A stretch of DNA of 63,360 nucleotides, the filler included, from Thraustochytrium aureum (Eukaryota): assembly GCA_012862495.1 (NCBI GenBank). It is 6 parts of 3 records of this genome, joined end to end, with 100 filler letters (N's around TTAATTAATTAA, not from the genome) between each part and the next. Parts side by side here need not be neighbours in the genome. Positions count along the whole stretch, not along the records: positions 59,923 to 63,360 come from BLSG01000147.1; 5 more parts are not named here. The stretch is one strand, 5' to 3'. The position numbers and the translations under genes are program-made. Every line of letters begins with the position of its first letter. The stretch's first letter is position 1. The notes beneath the pieces were generated by a model. It saw only the letters and a program-made list of their open reading frames with translations, had not been told where the DNA came from and did no database searches. Positions 59,923 to 63,360 of the stretch are shown here, in pieces.

Positions 59923-60707
59923 CTGGGGAGGGCGAGCTCGCCTTTTCGTTCGTTGGCGCGCAGGCAGTGAGGGACTTTGCGGCCAACGCCAAAGCGGCAG
60001 GCGTCCAGCGCGTGCTGCTGGCGGTAGGCGGGGCGGGACGCTCGGCCGGGCTGGCGCAGCTCGCGCGTTCCGAGGCCAGCCGGGCGCGTTTCTCCGCTAC
60101 GCTGGTCGATACCGCTGCCGAACTAGGGCTGGACGGGTTCGACTTGGACTGGGAGGCCCCGGCGTCGCCGAGGGAGGACGAGTTCTATGCATTGCTGATC
60201 GAGGCGGCCGCCGCTGCGCTTCACGAGCGAGGCCTGTTGCTGTCCTTCACGATCCACCACTGGCAAGACTTTGGCGAGCGGGCGTACCGCGCCGCCGACC
60301 GCGTTCACCTCATGGCGTACGACCTGAGCCGGCGCCACTCGCTGCTCTTTGACGCGCAGCGGGCCACGGCGCTCGTGCTTGGCAAAGGCATGGAGGCGTT
60401 TCGCCGCAAGCTCTTCCTCGGCCTGCCGGCGTACGGCCGCGGGATCGCGGACCACACGAGGGTCCGCACATACTCGGAGCTGCTGGACCAGTTCGGCGGG
60501 CCTGCTGCGGACCTGGACGAGACGCCCGACGGCGACATGTACTACAACGGGCGTCCGACGATCGCCGCAAAGACCGCGTGGGCGCTCGAGCAAGGCTTCG
60601 GCGGCGTCTTCTTCTGGGAGCTCGGCCAAGACGCGCTCGGCAGCGCCGCCTCCCCTTCCCTCGTCGCAGCCGCCGCCACGGTCGTGCGCGAGGCGCGACC
60701 CCCGTAG
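59923..60707 (+). CDS. GH18 chitinase-like glycoside hydrolase, 5' truncated
   Basis: LAVGG, intact catalytic DGFDLDWE, HLMAYD, LGLPAYGR and GGVFFWELGQD. Confidence 0.9.
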
Positions 60708-61333
60708 CGCCTCAAGCGCCTTGGCATCAGCTAGCCCACAGGGGCGAGGCCCACCATCGCCGAGCGAGCACCAGGCAGGAGAATGAACTCTGAACTGACG
60801 AAAATCGACGGATGAAAAATCACAAGTCCTTTTTTTTTTTTCGCAATCTTGCTGAGGATTCTTTCGAGGGCGAACANNNNNNNNNNNNNNNNNNNNNNNN
60901 NNNNNNNNNNNNNNNNNNNNNNNNNNNNNNNNNNNNNNNNNNNNNNNNNNNNNNNNNNNNNNNNNNNNNNNNNNNNNNNNNNNNNNNNNNNNNNNNNNNN
61001 NNNNNNNNNNNNNNNNNNNNNNNNNNNNNNNNNNNNNNTGTTCGCAATCTTGCTGAGGATTCTTTCGAGGGCGAACAAGTGCGAGCGGCTCAGCAACGGC
61101 GCCGGTTGACTCCCGCTCTCCTCCGTCGTGCAGTCGCGCAGCCGCCTCGACAGCGGACTCGGCAGCAGCACAGGCAGCAGCACAGGCAGCAGCAACAGCA
61201 GCAGCAGTGGCGGCGGTCCTCTACGCAGCAGCAGAGCCCGACTTGCACGGGCCAGCACTGGCGTGTGCGTCAACCGCGACCGACACAATCCCTCCCAGCG
61301 GCCGAGCGTGGGCGGGAGCAGAGGCGGAGCAGG

Positions 61334-63143
61334 ATGGCCGAGCAGGGCTATAACGCCGCGAATGTGCTGGACGATATGCGCAAGCTCAACCTCGTCGCGC
61401 AGAGGGACACGTACGCCGGAGCGGCCGGGCACCAGGCCAGCGCTCCGCAACACCAGCAGCAGCAAGCCAACTACGACTGGCAGCAGAGCCACAGGGCCCA
61501 ACAGGGCGACACCGGCGTCGACTTTGAGGCAGACCAACTCGCCTCTGCGCTCGAGTTCGCCCTGAGCGACGGCGGAGCCCCGCCCCCATGCCGCCGCCCA
61601 ACCAGTACCAGCAGCACGGCGCTCCGCCCGGCTACATGCATCAGCAAGACGGCCCCCCGTGCGCGCCCCGCCTGGGATGCAGATGCCGCCGCTCCAACAC
61701 CAGCAATTTCAGCACCCGCAGCACCCGCAGCGAATGATGTACCCGCCGCCGCCGCACATGTACGGCAGCCCCGCTGGGTCGCCCATGATGGCTCCGCAGC
61801 AGGCCCCGTACTATAGGCAGGGCACGCCCCCGATGCAGCCGATGGCCGGCTACCCGCCTCCGCCCATGTACCAGCAGCTGCCACGCCGCGGAGGACTCGG
61901 CCCCGAAGGCCGCTGCTTCAACACCAGCCGCATGAAAGCGCACGAGTTGAGCCGCCTCATCGAGCAGCAGCAAAAGGCCGTCTCGAGCGACGACCCGCTC
62001 ACGGACGACTTTTACGCCCTGAAGATGGGCGAAAAGCGCGCCCAGGCCTACATGCAGGTGCAGCAGAACGCGCAGCAGCGCGCGCGGCCCACGGACCTCC
62101 TCAACGAGATGAAGGCGCTGCTCACCGGCGCCGAGCACCACGCGCCGAGCCTCCGCCCCCGCAACGGCCCTCTCTCGCAAGAGCACTTGGGCGATTTGGG
62201 CCAGCAGATGCTGAGCGAGCACGCCATCACGGCCAAGAAGATCGACAAGGCTCGCGAAGAATGGCATGACGAGCACAAGGTGCTGGGCCGATCCGTGAAG
62301 AGCAACCTGAAACGGCCGCGCGAGCTCATCGCGCAGCAGGGCCCCGGCAGCATCGGCGGAGCCACGTTCCAGTCCCAGCTCTGGATCTTGCGCGGTGTGC
62401 TCGGCAAGATCGCCGAGAAGCTCATCGACATCGCGGACGTGCACGAGGTCATGCAGGCCAAGGTGGGCGCCGCCCGCACGTTCCAGGAGGGGTCTGCCAG
62501 CTACACTGAGGCGAAGAGGTTCATCGAGGGCCTTCAGCGCAAGCAGGTCGCGCTCTGCAACGACCTGGGCCAGCTCCTCTGCTACCCGTCTGTCGTGGAC
62601 GAGGCCACGGGGGCCTACGACGCGGACAAGGAGGTCGAGCTCGTGGGGGGCTGGAACGCGCTGTTTTTCCTCATCTGGACGCCAAAGGGCCGCCACCTCG
62701 TGCTGCGCTCCATCCCCTGCCTGCTTCGCCCGCACCAGCGTGCCATCCTCAAGGTGTTTTGCACCAACTGCGCCTACTTTGTGTGCCGCAACCCGGACGG
62801 CCAGGACGAGCAGCCTGTGGAGGACGACGAGGCGCGCCTCGACCTCGTCGCGGCCCAGACTTTTGCCGACGAGCTGCGCCACATCCCGCACCTCGACTTT
62901 GTCACTGACTGCTTGCGCCGCACCTTTGAGGTGTTTGAGCAGAGCCCTGCGGTGCTCAGCGTGTTTGTGCACATTCCGGCTGGCCAGCAGGTCATCCGAG
63001 CGCTGCTCCAGCACGGCAAGGCCCTGTCTGCGGACCCGGTGTGCGCCGCAGAGGACCGCGAGCGCTGGAACGTAGAATCGGACAAGTTTTACGGCATGAT
63101 GAAGGTTGCCGTCACCAACCTCGAGAAAGAGGGCTCGCAGTAG
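61334..63143 (+). CDS. PAT1-like mRNA decapping activator (start may lie further upstream)
   Basis: P/Q/M/Y-rich N-terminus, MKAHEL..I..Q....S.DP..DDFY mid-domain motif and KGRHLVLRSIP.L PatC-like motif. Two C-run single-base deletions (about 61585 and 61653-61658). Confidence 0.7.
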
Positions 63144-63360
63144 CAGCTTGCGCTTGCAGCCCTCGCCAGCCCAGCTAGCTCGCTGTAGACGAGCAGCGCT
63201 GCGGGCCCGCCAGGCCGCGGGCGCTCGACCGCGGAGCGGCGGCCCTGGCACACCCTCCGCGTAGCACAATCACCCACCCCGCCATCATTCACCGCTCACC
63301 TCTCTTGGCAATAAGCTGCGCCCCTCATCACTTGCACCGCGGACGCCCCTCTTGCCGGCT

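Noticed and set aside
60841..61078. Direct repeat of about 36 bp flanking gap 60877-61038 (also gtcacctgc flanking gap 58488-58691) as target-site duplication or LTR
   Set aside because: Most likely overlapping contig ends across a false gap.

Overview
This is a GC-rich, gene-dense eukaryotic draft sequence with short GT-AG introns, not a prokaryotic one. The gene content (centrin, MAK kinase, outer-dynein-arm docking subunit, SLC34) fits a flagellated protist, probably a stramenopile such as a thraustochytrid (inference). The window is six scaffolds joined by five artificial N-TTAATTAATTAA-N linkers, so synteny across linkers means nothing. About 28 genes are supportable, including a multi-BRCT TopBP1-like protein, ROK kinase, VAP, a BAF-like protein, centrin, PPIL1, PEX2, a PEX26-like protein, SNAPC4-like Myb, UBE2T, two SLC34 copies, a MAK-like kinase, ODA-DC2, TBC GAP, sulfotransferase, Rab11, a P450, COX5B, a RING E3, GH18 and PAT1. 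About a dozen frameshifts, mostly in homopolymers, look like sequencing errors. Most notable: (1) a BAF-like DNA-binding domain fused to a C-terminal membrane anchor directly behind VAP, lacking a usable AUG and with in-frame splice options from VAP; (2) a candidate PEX26/APEM9 gene head-to-head with PEX2; (3) a P450 lacking the I-helix acid-alcohol pair and a membrane anchor; (4) COX5B and ROK proteins that have lost their zinc-binding cysteines. All family calls come from motifs recognised by eye; no searches were run.
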